A stretch of DNA of 64,000 bases from Planctomycetota bacterium. GTDB lineage: Bacteria; Planctomycetota; UBA8108; SXIK01. Every line of letters begins with the position of its first letter. The stretch's first letter is position 1. The translations under genes and the position numbers were made by a program. Positions 49,701-58,796 of the stretch are shown piece after piece. The notes beneath the pieces were generated by a model, which did no database searches, had not been told where the DNA came from, and was given only the letters and a program-made list of their open reading frames with translations. The stretch is taken from assembly GCA_965223845.1 (NCBI GenBank), contig CBDCXR010000004.1:5184001-5248000 (forward strand), given 5' to 3'.

Positions 49701-50214
49701 GGTCGCGAACCTCTCGCGTGCCGAGCTCGTCGACCTCGTCCGTTTCCTCGCGGCACTCGGAAAAGACGTGACCGTCTCGAACGAACCGCTCGTCCGTCGG
49801 TGGCGCTCGCTCGCCGCCGCCTCGGCGAACGCGCCCCCGGCGGCGATCGTCGACGCGGGGAGCGCCGTCGAATGGAAGCCGGTCTACAGCCGAGTCGATG
49901 GATCGCTGCCTCTCAGTGAACTCGAGGCTGCGAGCGACGGACGCCGATGGGTGTTCTTCGAAGTCGAGGTGACAACGCCGGGAAGAATCCGTTTCGAGAT
50001 CGAAGGGTTGTCGCCGGACCGACGCGCGAGCACGGAACTGTGGTTCGGCGGCTCCCGGGTCGCGGGCGACTCTCGACATATCGTGAATGCTCCGAGCGGG
50101 GTCCACCGCGTGACGCTCGCGATCGACGCGCGCTCGGGCGGGGAAGGGGTGACTGTTGCGCTGGTCGGTGTTCCCGGCTCGGCGGCGAACGCCCGGGTCC
50201 TGGGGGGGAACTAG
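46783..50214 (+). CDS. PVC-type heme-binding CxxCH protein (dehydrogenase-like beta-propeller, HEAT repeats, cytochrome c)
   Basis: LFASEP, GFGTEDTHH, FRPIDVKMGPDGAIYVADWYN..IQH, HGRIWR; CTTCH..VGPDL, SMMPAGL. Confidence 0.9.
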   Translation: MKSSVTASILPTRALALVLSLAPLAALDAQRGLKNIPDPNPELERRSFEVAEGFDVNLFASEPMVRNPIHMNWDSEGRLWVATSPIYPHIEPGAEANDQIVVLEDVDGDGVADRHTVFADDLLIPTAVVPGDGGAYVANSTELLHMVDTDGDGRADRTRVVLSGFGTEDTHHILHTILFGPDGRLYFNQSIYIHSHVETPHGVRRLGGGGAWRFRPETMALDVFIRGFVNSWGHRFDRWGQSFFTDGAYGEGINYAFPGAVFVTAVGAKRILRGLNPGQPKECGLEVLSGRHLPEDWSGSLVTNDFRANRVVRFALTEDGSGFASRQVEDLVRTKHVAFRPIDVKMGPDGAIYVADWYNPIIQHGEVSFRDDRRDHVHGRIWRFTKKGRPLAPRPHIVGAEIAHLLELLKAPEDWTRLHAKLELKGRGADAVTPALGEWVETLARSDPAFEHHRLEALWTFQALDSVHDPLLRAVLASRDHRARAAAVRVLAEWQPRFPDAHELLMSAVLDGHPRVRLEAVNALRANGSARAAEIAMRALDQPVDEFLDFALWLTARDLQPVWLPAFERGEITFGGNLDHVAFALRSTGNSAVLRPLIAMLRGGKITADKRDDVLAFVADVGGAEELQLAFDFARDTRVGSALERARLLDRLVAASERRGVVASGAGPGVLELLRSDDARLARAGTRAAAAWKIADAVPHLVALARGPSSVRADAIDALGSFEDTGARDALRAFSTSADSFSLRSRAAAALARVDRSAGIAHAVQLLGSASAEEDPALLLNAILRLKDGAEQLAAAIAGTRIDPAVAQAAINAAESTGRELGELVSALRASAGLTPVASLGAEKLERLATEILTKGNPARGESIYRRTSLACTTCHAIAGAGGKVGPDLISIGASAPVDYLIDSLLEPNKKIKEGYHLVEIVTKDFEIYSGTLVGKDKDRIVLREASGDEVELATANVEEENVVNRSMMPAGLVANLSRAELVDLVRFLAALGKDVTVSNEPLVRRWRSLAAASANAPPAAIVDAGSAVEWKPVYSRVDGSLPLSELEAASDGRRWVFFEVEVTTPGRIRFEIEGLSPDRRASTELWFGGSRVAGDSRHIVNAPSGVHRVTLAIDARSGGEGVTVALVGVPGSAANARVLGGN

Positions 50215-50245
50215 AAGCTCGAGGCCCGCTCGAACACTGAAGGGA

Positions 50246-50426
50246 GATTTCACACGAAGTGACGCGAAGGACCGCGAAGTAAGACGAAGGAGGAGAGATG
50301 CGGTTTGTTCGATGGAGAACTGAAGTCTTCCGTTCGCGACTGAAACGATCGCTGTCCATATACTTCTAGATTCTCTTTTCCTTCCTTCGTCTTACTTCGC
50401 GGTCCTTCGCGCTCTTCGTGTGAATC
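50246..50426. repeat. REP/MITE-like element (copy 2)
   Basis: GATTTCACACGAAGTGACGCGAAGGACCGCGAAGTAAGACGAAGG ... CCTTCGTCTTACTTCGCGGTCCTTCGCGCTCTTCGTGTGAATC. Confidence 0.88.
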
Positions 50427-50436
50427 CTGTCTTACG

Positions 50437-51852
50437 ATGACCAAGCGCAAGACGATCAAGAAACGCGAGCTCGCCGGACTCGGAGTCCCGCCCGGCGACC
50501 CGATGCGCATCGCCGGTGAGTCGGTGCAGCAGGCCCTCGCCGCCGGTCGGACGCGCGACGAGATCCGCGCGGCCGTTCGCGACGTCGTCGGTGCGCCCGA
50601 GGAGTTTTTAGACGAGCCTCACTTCGCATCGCTCGCCCGAGCTCTCGGTCGGGTGGCCGAGTCACAAAGGCACTTTCGTCCGCGCTCCTCCCCCGCGCCG
50701 TACGCGCGCTGGGGTGACGAGATCGACGACGCGTCCGTCGAGCAGATGGAGAGCGCCTGCGCGCTTCCCGTTTCGGTGCGCGGCGCCCTCATGCCCGACG
50801 CTCACGTCGGCTACGGCCTTCCGATCGGCGGAGTCCTTGCGACGCACAACTCCGTCATTCCTTACGCCGTCGGTGTCGATATCGCGTGCCGCATGAAGAT
50901 GACCGTTCTCGATCTTCCCGAGACCGCCCTTCGCGGGGAGACCGACCGGCTGAAGAATGCACTCCAGCGCGAAACGTCGTTCGGGATCGGAGCGAAGTTC
51001 AAGAATCGCCGTCAGCACGACGTGCTCGATGAAGATTGGTCCGTGACGAAGATCACGCAGGATCACCGCGACAAGGCGTGGTCGCAGCTCGGTACGAGCG
51101 GCAGCGGGAATCACTTCGTCGAGTTCGGGGAGCTCGTCGTTGCGGATGCTCGCGTCGGGATCGAGCCGGGAAGGTACGTCGCGCTCCTCAGTCACAGCGG
51201 CAGCCGCGGAACGGGCGCGGCGGTGGCAAGCCATTACAGTCGAGTCGCGATGGATCAGCACCCGGAGTTGCCGAAACAACTCCGTCACCTCGCGTGGCTC
51301 GATCTCGACTCGGAGCCCGGCGCCGAGTACTGGGCGGCGATGGAGCTCATGGGGAAGTACGCCGCGGCGAATCACGCGGTGATCCATCGCCATATGGCGA
51401 AGAATCTCGGTGCCAAGGTGCTCCTCGACATCGAAAACCATCACAACTTTGCGTGGAAAGAGACTCACGACGGTGAAGAGGTGATCGTGCACCGTAAAGG
51501 GGCGACTCCCGCTGGTGAGGGTGCGATCGGAATCATCCCCGGATCGATGGCTTCGCCGGCCTACATCGTGCGCGGCCTCGGTGATCCGGCCTCGCTCGAT
51601 TCGGCGTCGCACGGTGCCGGACGGCGCATGAGCCGAAAGCGCGCCAAAGAGTCGTTCACCTGGTCGGAAGCGAACAAGCTGCTCCGCGAACGCGGCGTGA
51701 CGCTCTTGTCCGCCGGACTGGACGAAGTCCCGATGGCGTACAAGGACATCGACGAAGTGATGGGCGCGCAGCGAGACCTCGTCGAGCCCCTCGCGAAGTT
51801 CCATCCGCGCCTCGTTCGAATGGCGCCGGCCGGGGAGCGACCCGAGGACTGA
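50437..51852 (+). CDS. rtcB: RNA-splicing/repair ligase RtcB
   Basis: MPDAHVGYGLPIGGV, GVDIAC, LGTSGSGNHF, HSGSRG, HHNFAW, HRKGAT, HGAGR, DEVPMAYK. Confidence 0.95.
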   Translation: MTKRKTIKKRELAGLGVPPGDPMRIAGESVQQALAAGRTRDEIRAAVRDVVGAPEEFLDEPHFASLARALGRVAESQRHFRPRSSPAPYARWGDEIDDASVEQMESACALPVSVRGALMPDAHVGYGLPIGGVLATHNSVIPYAVGVDIACRMKMTVLDLPETALRGETDRLKNALQRETSFGIGAKFKNRRQHDVLDEDWSVTKITQDHRDKAWSQLGTSGSGNHFVEFGELVVADARVGIEPGRYVALLSHSGSRGTGAAVASHYSRVAMDQHPELPKQLRHLAWLDLDSEPGAEYWAAMELMGKYAAANHAVIHRHMAKNLGAKVLLDIENHHNFAWKETHDGEEVIVHRKGATPAGEGAIGIIPGSMASPAYIVRGLGDPASLDSASHGAGRRMSRKRAKESFTWSEANKLLRERGVTLLSAGLDEVPMAYKDIDEVMGAQRDLVEPLAKFHPRLVRMAPAGERPED

Positions 51853-51858
51853 CTTTCG

Positions 51859-52413
51859 ATGCGCACCGGCTCGAACTCGAGGGACGCCCCGGAGACCCCG
51901 TGGGACGAGCTCGTCTCGTCGAAGTTCGTCGGAGCCGTACGCCGCCGATGCGCGCGTCGGACACTCGAAATGTACCACGCGATCTTGCTCGGTCCGGTGG
52001 TGATCGGATTCGTCGGATTGCGCTGGGGCGGATTGTTGGCCGCCGCCGTCGGATCGCTCTCAACGCTTTTTTTCACCGTCCCCGGCGCGCTCGTGATCGC
52101 GTTCGCTCACCAACACGCCGAGCTCCGGCCGGGACGCAGGCATCCGATTCGAAGCTCTTGGGGTCGACTCCACCGAACCATCGGATTCTGCATCTCGATC
52201 TACACCGTGATCTTCATGCTCAGCCTCTACCCGGCATGGCATTCCGCGATTCGATACGGGATCGATACCCAGACCGTAATCGGAGTCGCCCTCTTGGGAT
52301 TCACTGGAATCCGCATCGCGTCGCTCGTCTGGGAGCTTCGCGGCGTGCGGGGCGCAATGCTCGAGATCAAAGAAGTTCCTCTCCCGCGACGCCGAAGAGC
52401 CGCCCCACCGTAA
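51859..52413 (+). CDS. Hypothetical membrane protein
   Basis: About 4 hydrophobic segments; 6-bp gap after rtcB; start could be 51970. Confidence 0.55.
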   Translation: MRTGSNSRDAPETPWDELVSSKFVGAVRRRCARRTLEMYHAILLGPVVIGFVGLRWGGLLAAAVGSLSTLFFTVPGALVIAFAHQHAELRPGRRHPIRSSWGRLHRTIGFCISIYTVIFMLSLYPAWHSAIRYGIDTQTVIGVALLGFTGIRIASLVWELRGVRGAMLEIKEVPLPRRRRAAPP

Positions 52414-52451
52414 AGCCTCGAGTCCTTTCCACTCGAATCATCTCTTCCTCC

Positions 52452-52491
52452 CTTCGTCTTCCTTCGCGGTCATTCGCGCCCTTCGTGTGAA
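52452..52491. repeat. Solo arm of the REP-like repeat between convergent genes
   Basis: CTTCGTCTTCCTTCGCGGTCATTCGCGCCCTTCGTGTGAA. Confidence 0.75.
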
Positions 52492-52519
52492 CCCTCCTCC
52501 GTGAGAGATTTCGAGCTCT

Positions 52520-53830
52520 TCACAAGAGATGACGAGCCTTGACGTCGAGGTACTGATTCACGACCGCAGTGGACAGCTCATGCGGGAGCACCTCGAGCAC
52601 GATCACCCCGGCGTTGCGCAGCTCCGCGATGCGACGCGTCTGCGTCGCGAGGAGCTCGGCGCCCGCCGCGACGTGGAACGCCTCGATGTCCGATTCGGGA
52701 ACTCGATTCGCCAGCTCGGACAAAGCGACGTCGCGGAGAAACACACAGACGAGCACGTGGGGTGAAGTCAGCGTTCGCAGGTAGCCCGAGATCGCGTCCA
52801 AGTGCTGTTCGTCGAGCGTGTGGGTGATGAGAAGGACGAGTGCGCGCTTCCGCTGGCGCCGGAGCAGCTCTTCGCAGGCGAGGCCGTAGTCCGCCGCCTC
52901 CCAGCGCGCCTCGATGTCGTAGAGTTGCTGAATGATCGCTTGAATGGCCGTGCGGCCGCGGACCGGACCGACGTGACGCTCGATGCGATCGGAGAACGCG
53001 ACGAGCGAAACATTGTCCCCCTGACGAAGCGCGACGTAGCTGAGAATGGTCGCCGCGTTGAGACCACGATCGAGGTGTGTCACGCCGCCCGTTTCGTTTC
53101 CCATCGATCGGCCGCAGTCGAGGAGAAGGACGATGTTCTGGTTCCGCTCAACGGTGAACTCACGGCTGATGAGCCGGTCATACTTTGCCGTCGCCTTCCA
53201 ATCGACGTCGCGGAGCTCGTCCTCGCGGCGGTACTCCCGAAGGCGTTCGAACTCGCCGCCGCGGCCACGCTGGCGAACGCGATGGACACCGATCTCATCG
53301 AGTCGATTCTTCACGGCGAGGAGATCGAACTGCCGCACCGCCTGGATGTCCGGAAAAACGCGAACGTCTTCCGGCAGGGCTCGGCGTTCGACGCGACTCC
53401 ACAATCCGAGCACGGTGCTGAATCGCAGGTGGACGGCCTCGAAGCGAGCCCGACCCCGCCGCGCGGGTTCGAGCTGGTAGGTGCCCGTGAGCTCTCGATC
53501 CGGTGGGATCTCGAGGCGAATCCGGCCGTCGCGAGAGCGACTCGGCTCGGGGGGCTCGTCGACGAGCTCGACGCGAAGGATCGACCGTCCGCGGTTTGTG
53601 GCCGTGAGCGAGATCGCGTTCCACGTCCCGACACTCAAGACGGGCGAGACGTTCCGCCGGACATCGACCACTCGGGTCGACGGTGAGACGGCGAGGTCGG
53701 CGACCGCGAGTCCGAACAAACAGGCATTGAAGAAGAGAGCGGCGAGATGCGCCGTCGGACTCCAAGCTCCGACGGCGAAGAGGGCCACGCCGAGGAGGGA
53801 GAGCCCGACGAGGGAGCCGCGCGGAGTCAT
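52520..53830 (-). CDS. DUF58 (vWA-like) protein
   Basis: GEFERLREY..DELRDVDWKATA, LLDCGRSM; start MTPRG overlaps the moxR stop. Confidence 0.9.
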   Translation of the reverse strand: MTPRGSLVGLSLLGVALFAVGAWSPTAHLAALFFNACLFGLAVADLAVSPSTRVVDVRRNVSPVLSVGTWNAISLTATNRGRSILRVELVDEPPEPSRSRDGRIRLEIPPDRELTGTYQLEPARRGRARFEAVHLRFSTVLGLWSRVERRALPEDVRVFPDIQAVRQFDLLAVKNRLDEIGVHRVRQRGRGGEFERLREYRREDELRDVDWKATAKYDRLISREFTVERNQNIVLLLDCGRSMGNETGGVTHLDRGLNAATILSYVALRQGDNVSLVAFSDRIERHVGPVRGRTAIQAIIQQLYDIEARWEAADYGLACEELLRRQRKRALVLLITHTLDEQHLDAISGYLRTLTSPHVLVCVFLRDVALSELANRVPESDIEAFHVAAGAELLATQTRRIAELRNAGVIVLEVLPHELSTAVVNQYLDVKARHLL

Positions 53831-54786
53831 GAGCGCGGAACCTCGACGTCTTCGAGCACCTGCTGGACGACGTGGTCGGAAGAGAGCCCTTCGATCTCGG
53901 CCTCGGGTCGAAGGAGGATGCGGTGGCGGAGCACCCAGGGCGCGATCTCCTTGACGTCGTCCGGAGTCACAAAATCGCGGCCCTGGCACGCCGCGTACGT
54001 GCGCGACGCGAGGAAGAGATTGACGCTCCCACGCGGGCTCGCACCGACCGAGACACCGTGCCAGTCGCGCGTCCGGGCGACGATCGACGTGATGTAGTGA
54101 ATGATCTTCGGCTCGACGATCACCGTGGCGACCGCCGATTGAATCGCCGCGAGGAGATCACGGTCGAGGAGCGCTTTCACCTCATAGGTTTCGAGACGCC
54201 GCCAGTCTTGTCCCGAAGCAAGGTGCGTCAGAATCGTCGATTCCTCTTCTTGCGTGGGATAGTCGACGAGAAGCTTGAACATGAAGCGATCGACTTGCGC
54301 CTCCGGGAGCGGGTACGTCCCCTCGTGCTCGATCGGATTCTGCGTGCCGATCACGAGAAACGGAGACTCGAGCGCGTACGTCTTCCCGTCGACCGTGACC
54401 TGACGTTCCTGCATCGCCTCGAGCAACGCAGATTGCGTCTTGGGCGGCGATCGATTGATTTCGTCGGCGAGGAGCAGGTTCGTGAAGATCGGACCGGCGC
54501 TGAAGTGAAACTGTTTCTCCGCGAGATCGTAGACATTGTGGCCGGTGAGATCTGACGGCATCAGATCCGGCGTGAATTGAACGCGCTTGAAGTCGCAGGA
54601 GAGCACCTTCGACAGTGTGTTGACGAGGAGCGTCTTCCCGAGTCCGGGCACGCCTTCGATGAGGACGCTGCCCTCGGAAAGAAGTGCAACCAGCAGGCCT
54701 TCGACGAGCTCGGCCTGGCCGACGATCACCTTGCCGACTTCTCCGACGACCGCGTTGAACGTCTCCGCGACGCGGTTCAGTTCCAT
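53827..54786 (-). CDS. MoxR family AAA+ ATPase
   Basis: EGVPGLGKT, QFTPDLMPSD, LADEINR, AMQERQVT, TQNPIE.EGTYPLPEAQ.DRF. Confidence 0.95.
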   Translation of the reverse strand: MELNRVAETFNAVVGEVGKVIVGQAELVEGLLVALLSEGSVLIEGVPGLGKTLLVNTLSKVLSCDFKRVQFTPDLMPSDLTGHNVYDLAEKQFHFSAGPIFTNLLLADEINRSPPKTQSALLEAMQERQVTVDGKTYALESPFLVIGTQNPIEHEGTYPLPEAQVDRFMFKLLVDYPTQEEESTILTHLASGQDWRRLETYEVKALLDRDLLAAIQSAVATVIVEPKIIHYITSIVARTRDWHGVSVGASPRGSVNLFLASRTYAACQGRDFVTPDDVKEIAPWVLRHRILLRPEAEIEGLSSDHVVQQVLEDVEVPRS

Positions 54787-54787
54787 T

Positions 54788-56032
54788 TCAGGCTCCTTGT
54801 GAAGATTCGATGCGCTGCTTGATGCGCGCGAGGGCGCGGATCACCGAGGCCGTGTCGCCCGACGAGAGTCGCCCGGAATTGATGGCCCGATCCGCCTCTT
54901 CGAGTGCGCGCAAGACTTCGTCCGCGTCGGCGTCGGCCGCACGCGCGAGCCACTCCGCGGTCGCGCGGAGTTCGCGGCCGGCGCGAGAGCGGCGCGTGAA
55001 GCGCGTCCCGATCAGCTCCCGCTGGAAATACTCGAGAAAGTGGTGCACGGCGTGCTGTCCCGTTCCCGCTTTGTAGTGGAGATTGCCGAGCGCGAACGCG
55101 TGCTCGCGGATGCTTCGGCGAGATTCGAGTGGCAGTGGGCGCGGCGGCCCGAGTCGCCGGCTGCGCCACCACGCGAAGAGAACGGCGACGAGAACGAGCT
55201 GAAGCGTCATGTGACGAAGGATCGGATCGAACAGGATTCCGAACACCTTCGGTGCGCTCGCGGCGTTGATTGATTCATCGAAGACGATCGCTCCCTCAAC
55301 GCCGCACTCCTCGAGGAGGCGGAGCGCGAGAACGGCGTTCGCGTGGCGCTCATCAGCGAGCTCAGCGTTCGAAAAGATCGCGTCGTTGGCGACGACGACG
55401 ATCACACCTCTGCCCACGCGCCGGCGGACCGCGACCGGTAGGCCAGCGCGCCGAACGAGGACTTCGAAGCCGGAGCCGCGGATCCACCCTCGCTCGTGCC
55501 AGCGGAACGGCTCGGAGGTGAGCAGAGTCTCGTTCTCGGTCGAGAACTCGTCGTCGGGATACGACCGCGCTCGAAACGCCTCGCCGAGATTGACCGACGG
55601 GAGGCTCGGGGCGGACTCGTCGTCGAGCTCTTCGCCCCCGACTTCGATCGCCGAGGAAACCTCGATGGGGAACGGTGCCAGATCGACGTTCGGTCCCATC
55701 GCGCGGCGAGCATAGAGAAGTCGTCCGCCGCCGCGCACCCAGTCGTAGAGCGCATCCCAGTCGCGAGGGCCGATGTCGTCCGCCGGGCCGAGCAGACAGA
55801 GGATGTCCATCCAGTCGAGTGCGCCGGCGAGGAGGTCCTGGTTCCGCGACGCGCCGTAGAGATCATCGACGAGACGAAAGTAGACGGTCTTCCCTTCGAT
55901 CGCCGTGCTGTACGTGTCACTGCGCGTCGTCCTCTCGCCCGGGAACCACCAGATCCCGAGGAGGAGCACGAACCCGACGAGGGCGCACCACAGCCATTCA
56001 GTCCGCAGTCGCGGCGAGCTCTTCTTCGTCAC
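54788..56032 (-). CDS. DUF4350-like membrane protein
   Basis: N-terminal TM, DWVRGGGRL, IFSNAEL, VFDES, second TM then RRLGPP, ALGNLHY. Confidence 0.75.
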   Translation of the reverse strand: MTKKSSPRLRTEWLWCALVGFVLLLGIWWFPGERTTRSDTYSTAIEGKTVYFRLVDDLYGASRNQDLLAGALDWMDILCLLGPADDIGPRDWDALYDWVRGGGRLLYARRAMGPNVDLAPFPIEVSSAIEVGGEELDDESAPSLPSVNLGEAFRARSYPDDEFSTENETLLTSEPFRWHERGWIRGSGFEVLVRRAGLPVAVRRRVGRGVIVVVANDAIFSNAELADERHANAVLALRLLEECGVEGAIVFDESINAASAPKVFGILFDPILRHMTLQLVLVAVLFAWWRSRRLGPPRPLPLESRRSIREHAFALGNLHYKAGTGQHAVHHFLEYFQRELIGTRFTRRSRAGRELRATAEWLARAADADADEVLRALEEADRAINSGRLSSGDTASVIRALARIKQRIESSQGA

Positions 56033-56891
56033 GAAATCCCGCGCGATACGCGCGCATGCAATCGTCGAATCTCTCTGCGGACGCCGCTCGGCGGCCGAAG
56101 AACACTTCCTCGAAATTCGCTACCACGCGAGAGAGAGCGTCATGGGCATCGCCGCGGCTCCGCACGGCTCGCAGGTAGCTCCGATTCGTTAGTCCGGCTC
56201 GATAACGGATGAGGCGTCTCCGCTCGATCCAGCTCAGCCCCGCGAGCAAGATCTCCCGCACGCCGCTTCGATAGTCTCCCTTCGCGGCGGCGCGCTCCGC
56301 GCGATCGAGATACTCCTCCGGTGGGAGATCACCGGGGGGACCGCTCAAGTCGAGTGCGGCGCTTTCGCTGAGTTCGCCCGGCGAAACTTCTCCGTCGCGC
56401 GCGGCGCGGCGTTCCGCGAGCGCCTTGACGAAGAAGAACGCGACCACGAGCACGGCGAGGATGATGAGAAGCTTGAGCGCCGTGCCGAACGCCTCATCCG
56501 CGGTGAAGCTCAAGCTGCCGGCGCCTCCACCTCCACCGAACAGCCACCCCAAGAATCGATTCAGCCAGTCCGGAGTGCGCCAGCTTCTCTTCGGTGCGTC
56601 GGATCTCGCATTCTCCGTCCTCAGATGCCGAAGATCATTCTGCGAGAGAATCCGCTCGAGCGACTCCTTCACCGCAGTGGAAGCGGATTCGTCGCCCTGT
56701 GCATCAGCGATCACGGGCGGCGCCCATACCGTCACCGCGAAAACGACCACGAGCGGCGCAAAGACACTCGGTGCCTGCCCAGGAAACTGCATTCGGCCGC
56801 CGATCGGTTCCCTCGGACGGATTCCGCGTCGCGAATCCTCGACGATTTCTCTAGCCAACCGGCCGAAGAGTGGACCGCAGATTCCGCTCAT
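55998..56891 (-). CDS. DUF4129-like protein (start uncertain)
   Basis: AAKGDYRSGVR...GLTNRSYL...FEEVFFG; ATG 56891 overlaps the upstream stop. Confidence 0.7.
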   Translation of the reverse strand: MSGICGPLFGRLAREIVEDSRRGIRPREPIGGRMQFPGQAPSVFAPLVVVFAVTVWAPPVIADAQGDESASTAVKESLERILSQNDLRHLRTENARSDAPKRSWRTPDWLNRFLGWLFGGGGGAGSLSFTADEAFGTALKLLIILAVLVVAFFFVKALAERRAARDGEVSPGELSESAALDLSGPPGDLPPEEYLDRAERAAAKGDYRSGVREILLAGLSWIERRRLIRYRAGLTNRSYLRAVRSRGDAHDALSRVVANFEEVFFGRRAASAERFDDCMRAYRAGFRDEEELAATAD

Positions 56892-57751
56892 TGCAGCCCC
56901 TCCAGCTTCGCCGCCTGGATTCGCGCATCGAGCTCGAGGTCCCAGCACTCCCGCCGGATGCGCTGATCGAGATAGGAAAGAAAGAGGGTCAAGCGCGCCC
57001 ACGGATAGACCGCCCAGAAGATCATCTGAAGCACGACCACGACACGCACGTCGCCTCGCAGAAGGTAGACCGAGGACCGAAACGCGTTTTCCCAGGTGAA
57101 CCGGCTCAAGAAGATCGGGTAACGGAGCACGTAGCCGCAGAAGAGATCGACGAGGAGGAAGAGCAGGCCGCAAGTCACCGCGTAGAGCCCCAGCATCTGA
57201 AGGTAGCGACCGAACGCACCGCCGCCGACGTCGCTCCGGCGCAGATCCTTGATGCGCCGGCGCAGCCGCTCGCCCTGCAGTTTTTCGAGCACGATCGCCT
57301 CGCGCACGAACGTCGACGAAGAGGAAACGAAGGGAACGAAGATGAGAACGAGCGCTAGCGATGCGGGCTCGCTCGCGTAGAGAAACGCGCCGACGGCGAG
57401 GATCACCAAGCGAACCGGATAGATGCGCGCGATCACCGAAGCGAAATGCGGCTTGAACGCTCTCCACGCGCGTCCGGCGGATAGGCTCTCCCCGAACGCC
57501 CGCGGACCTTCGCCGGCGACGATGACTCCACCGACAATCGGCATCGCGAGGTAGAGATAAGCGAGGGTGACGAGAAACCCGTCTGGAGTGTAGCGCGGGG
57601 CGAGATAGGCGAGCGCGAGTCCCGGCACAGCTCCGAACGCGACGATCGCGAGGATGTGGCGAAGATCGGTGAAATAAAGGCGCAGGGCGAGGTCCGAGGT
57701 CTCGCCGAAGTCGCGCTCTTCGATCGGGATCGTCACGCCGTCGAGCTTCAT
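56888..57751 (-). CDS. Hypothetical integral membrane protein of the MoxR/RDD cluster
   Basis: Multiple TMs; C-terminal YLDQRIRRECWDLE motif. Confidence 0.75.
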   Translation of the reverse strand: MKLDGVTIPIEERDFGETSDLALRLYFTDLRHILAIVAFGAVPGLALAYLAPRYTPDGFLVTLAYLYLAMPIVGGVIVAGEGPRAFGESLSAGRAWRAFKPHFASVIARIYPVRLVILAVGAFLYASEPASLALVLIFVPFVSSSSTFVREAIVLEKLQGERLRRRIKDLRRSDVGGGAFGRYLQMLGLYAVTCGLLFLLVDLFCGYVLRYPIFLSRFTWENAFRSSVYLLRGDVRVVVVLQMIFWAVYPWARLTLFLSYLDQRIRRECWDLELDARIQAAKLEGLQ

Positions 57752-57818
57752 TCCCTACCGCTCACCTCGATTCGATCCCGAGGCGGCGAAACATGGCGAG
57801 CGAACGCGGTTTTCGCCG

Positions 57819-58796
57819 TCATTTTCTCGCAACCTTCGGATCAAGTCTGCGTCCAGCGCGGACGAGGTACAGGACGACGCAAATCCAGAGCAGAGAACCG
57901 ACGAAATACTTGATCTGGTTCGGCGCTGCGGACGGAGACCAAAAGCCTTCGATCACCGCCGCGACGGCGAGCATCGCGCCGGCGCCGGCGGCGAGACGGA
58001 TCGCGTCGGCGCCGCGGACTCGGAGTGCGTCGAGACGTCGGTAGGGGCCGGGGTGGACGAGCGCGTGTCCGACGATCAAGCCTGCGGCTCCTGCGATGAC
58101 GATCGCCGTAAGCTCGAAGCTGCCGTGCGAGATCACGAAGCTGAAAAAGCGCTCGCTGTAGCCCTTCGCGACGAGGTACGCCGCAGTGGTACCGATCGCG
58201 AGGCTGTTGAAGATCAGAAAATAGATCGTCCCGATCCCGAAGAAGATGCCCGTCGCGAAGCAGCGAAACGCGATTCCGATGTTGTTGTACACATAGAATC
58301 CCGTCATGGTCGCTTCGCTACGAGCCGGGACCTCGCTCATTTCGTCCGAGTACATGAGCTCGTACATCGCGAGCTGCTCGGGCGAGAGGATCTTTCCTGC
58401 GACGTCGGGATCGCGGCTCACGAATCCGCCGGCAACGAGTCCCGGAAGGACGAACAAGACGAGCGACGCCCAAAAGTACCGCTGATTCGCGCGCAGAAGC
58501 CGCGGAAAGTGCGCGGTGAAAAACTGAACCACGGCGCGCGGCCGGCCGGGAGGTTCGCGATAGAAGCGGTGGTACCCCCGCGCGACGAGCGCGTTGAGCA
58601 GATCTTCGAGATCGCGGCCCCACTCGCGCGAGCGCACGGTCGAAAGGTCGTAGCAGATTCCGCGAAAGAGTCGCGACATCTCCGAGATCTCTTCGCCGTC
58701 GAGTCGCCCGCCTCGGATGCGTCCGGATTTCTTGAGCAGCTCGTCGAATCGATCCCACGCGGGGCGACGCGCCTCGATGAATCGGTTTTTCGTCAT
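57819..58796 (-). CDS. Stage II sporulation protein M (SpoIIM/DUF95) family membrane protein
   Basis: NNIGIAF, HGSFELTAIVIAGAAG, AAVIEGFWSP. Confidence 0.9.
   Translation of the reverse strand: MTKNRFIEARRPAWDRFDELLKKSGRIRGGRLDGEEISEMSRLFRGICYDLSTVRSREWGRDLEDLLNALVARGYHRFYREPPGRPRAVVQFFTAHFPRLLRANQRYFWASLVLFVLPGLVAGGFVSRDPDVAGKILSPEQLAMYELMYSDEMSEVPARSEATMTGFYVYNNIGIAFRCFATGIFFGIGTIYFLIFNSLAIGTTAAYLVAKGYSERFFSFVISHGSFELTAIVIAGAAGLIVGHALVHPGPYRRLDALRVRGADAIRLAAGAGAMLAVAAVIEGFWSPSAAPNQIKYFVGSLLWICVVLYLVRAGRRLDPKVARK

Noticed and set aside
39118-50253. Long antisense ORFs (e.g. 39118..41187, 45086..46744, 48334..50253; also 8613..10457, 22083..23900)
   Set aside because: Typical stop-poor antisense frames of high-GC genes, lying opposite well-supported CDSs.
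38731-50426. CGAAG-periodic repeats as a CRISPR array
   Set aside because: Repeats are inverted and dispersed, not direct with regular spacers; no cas genes.
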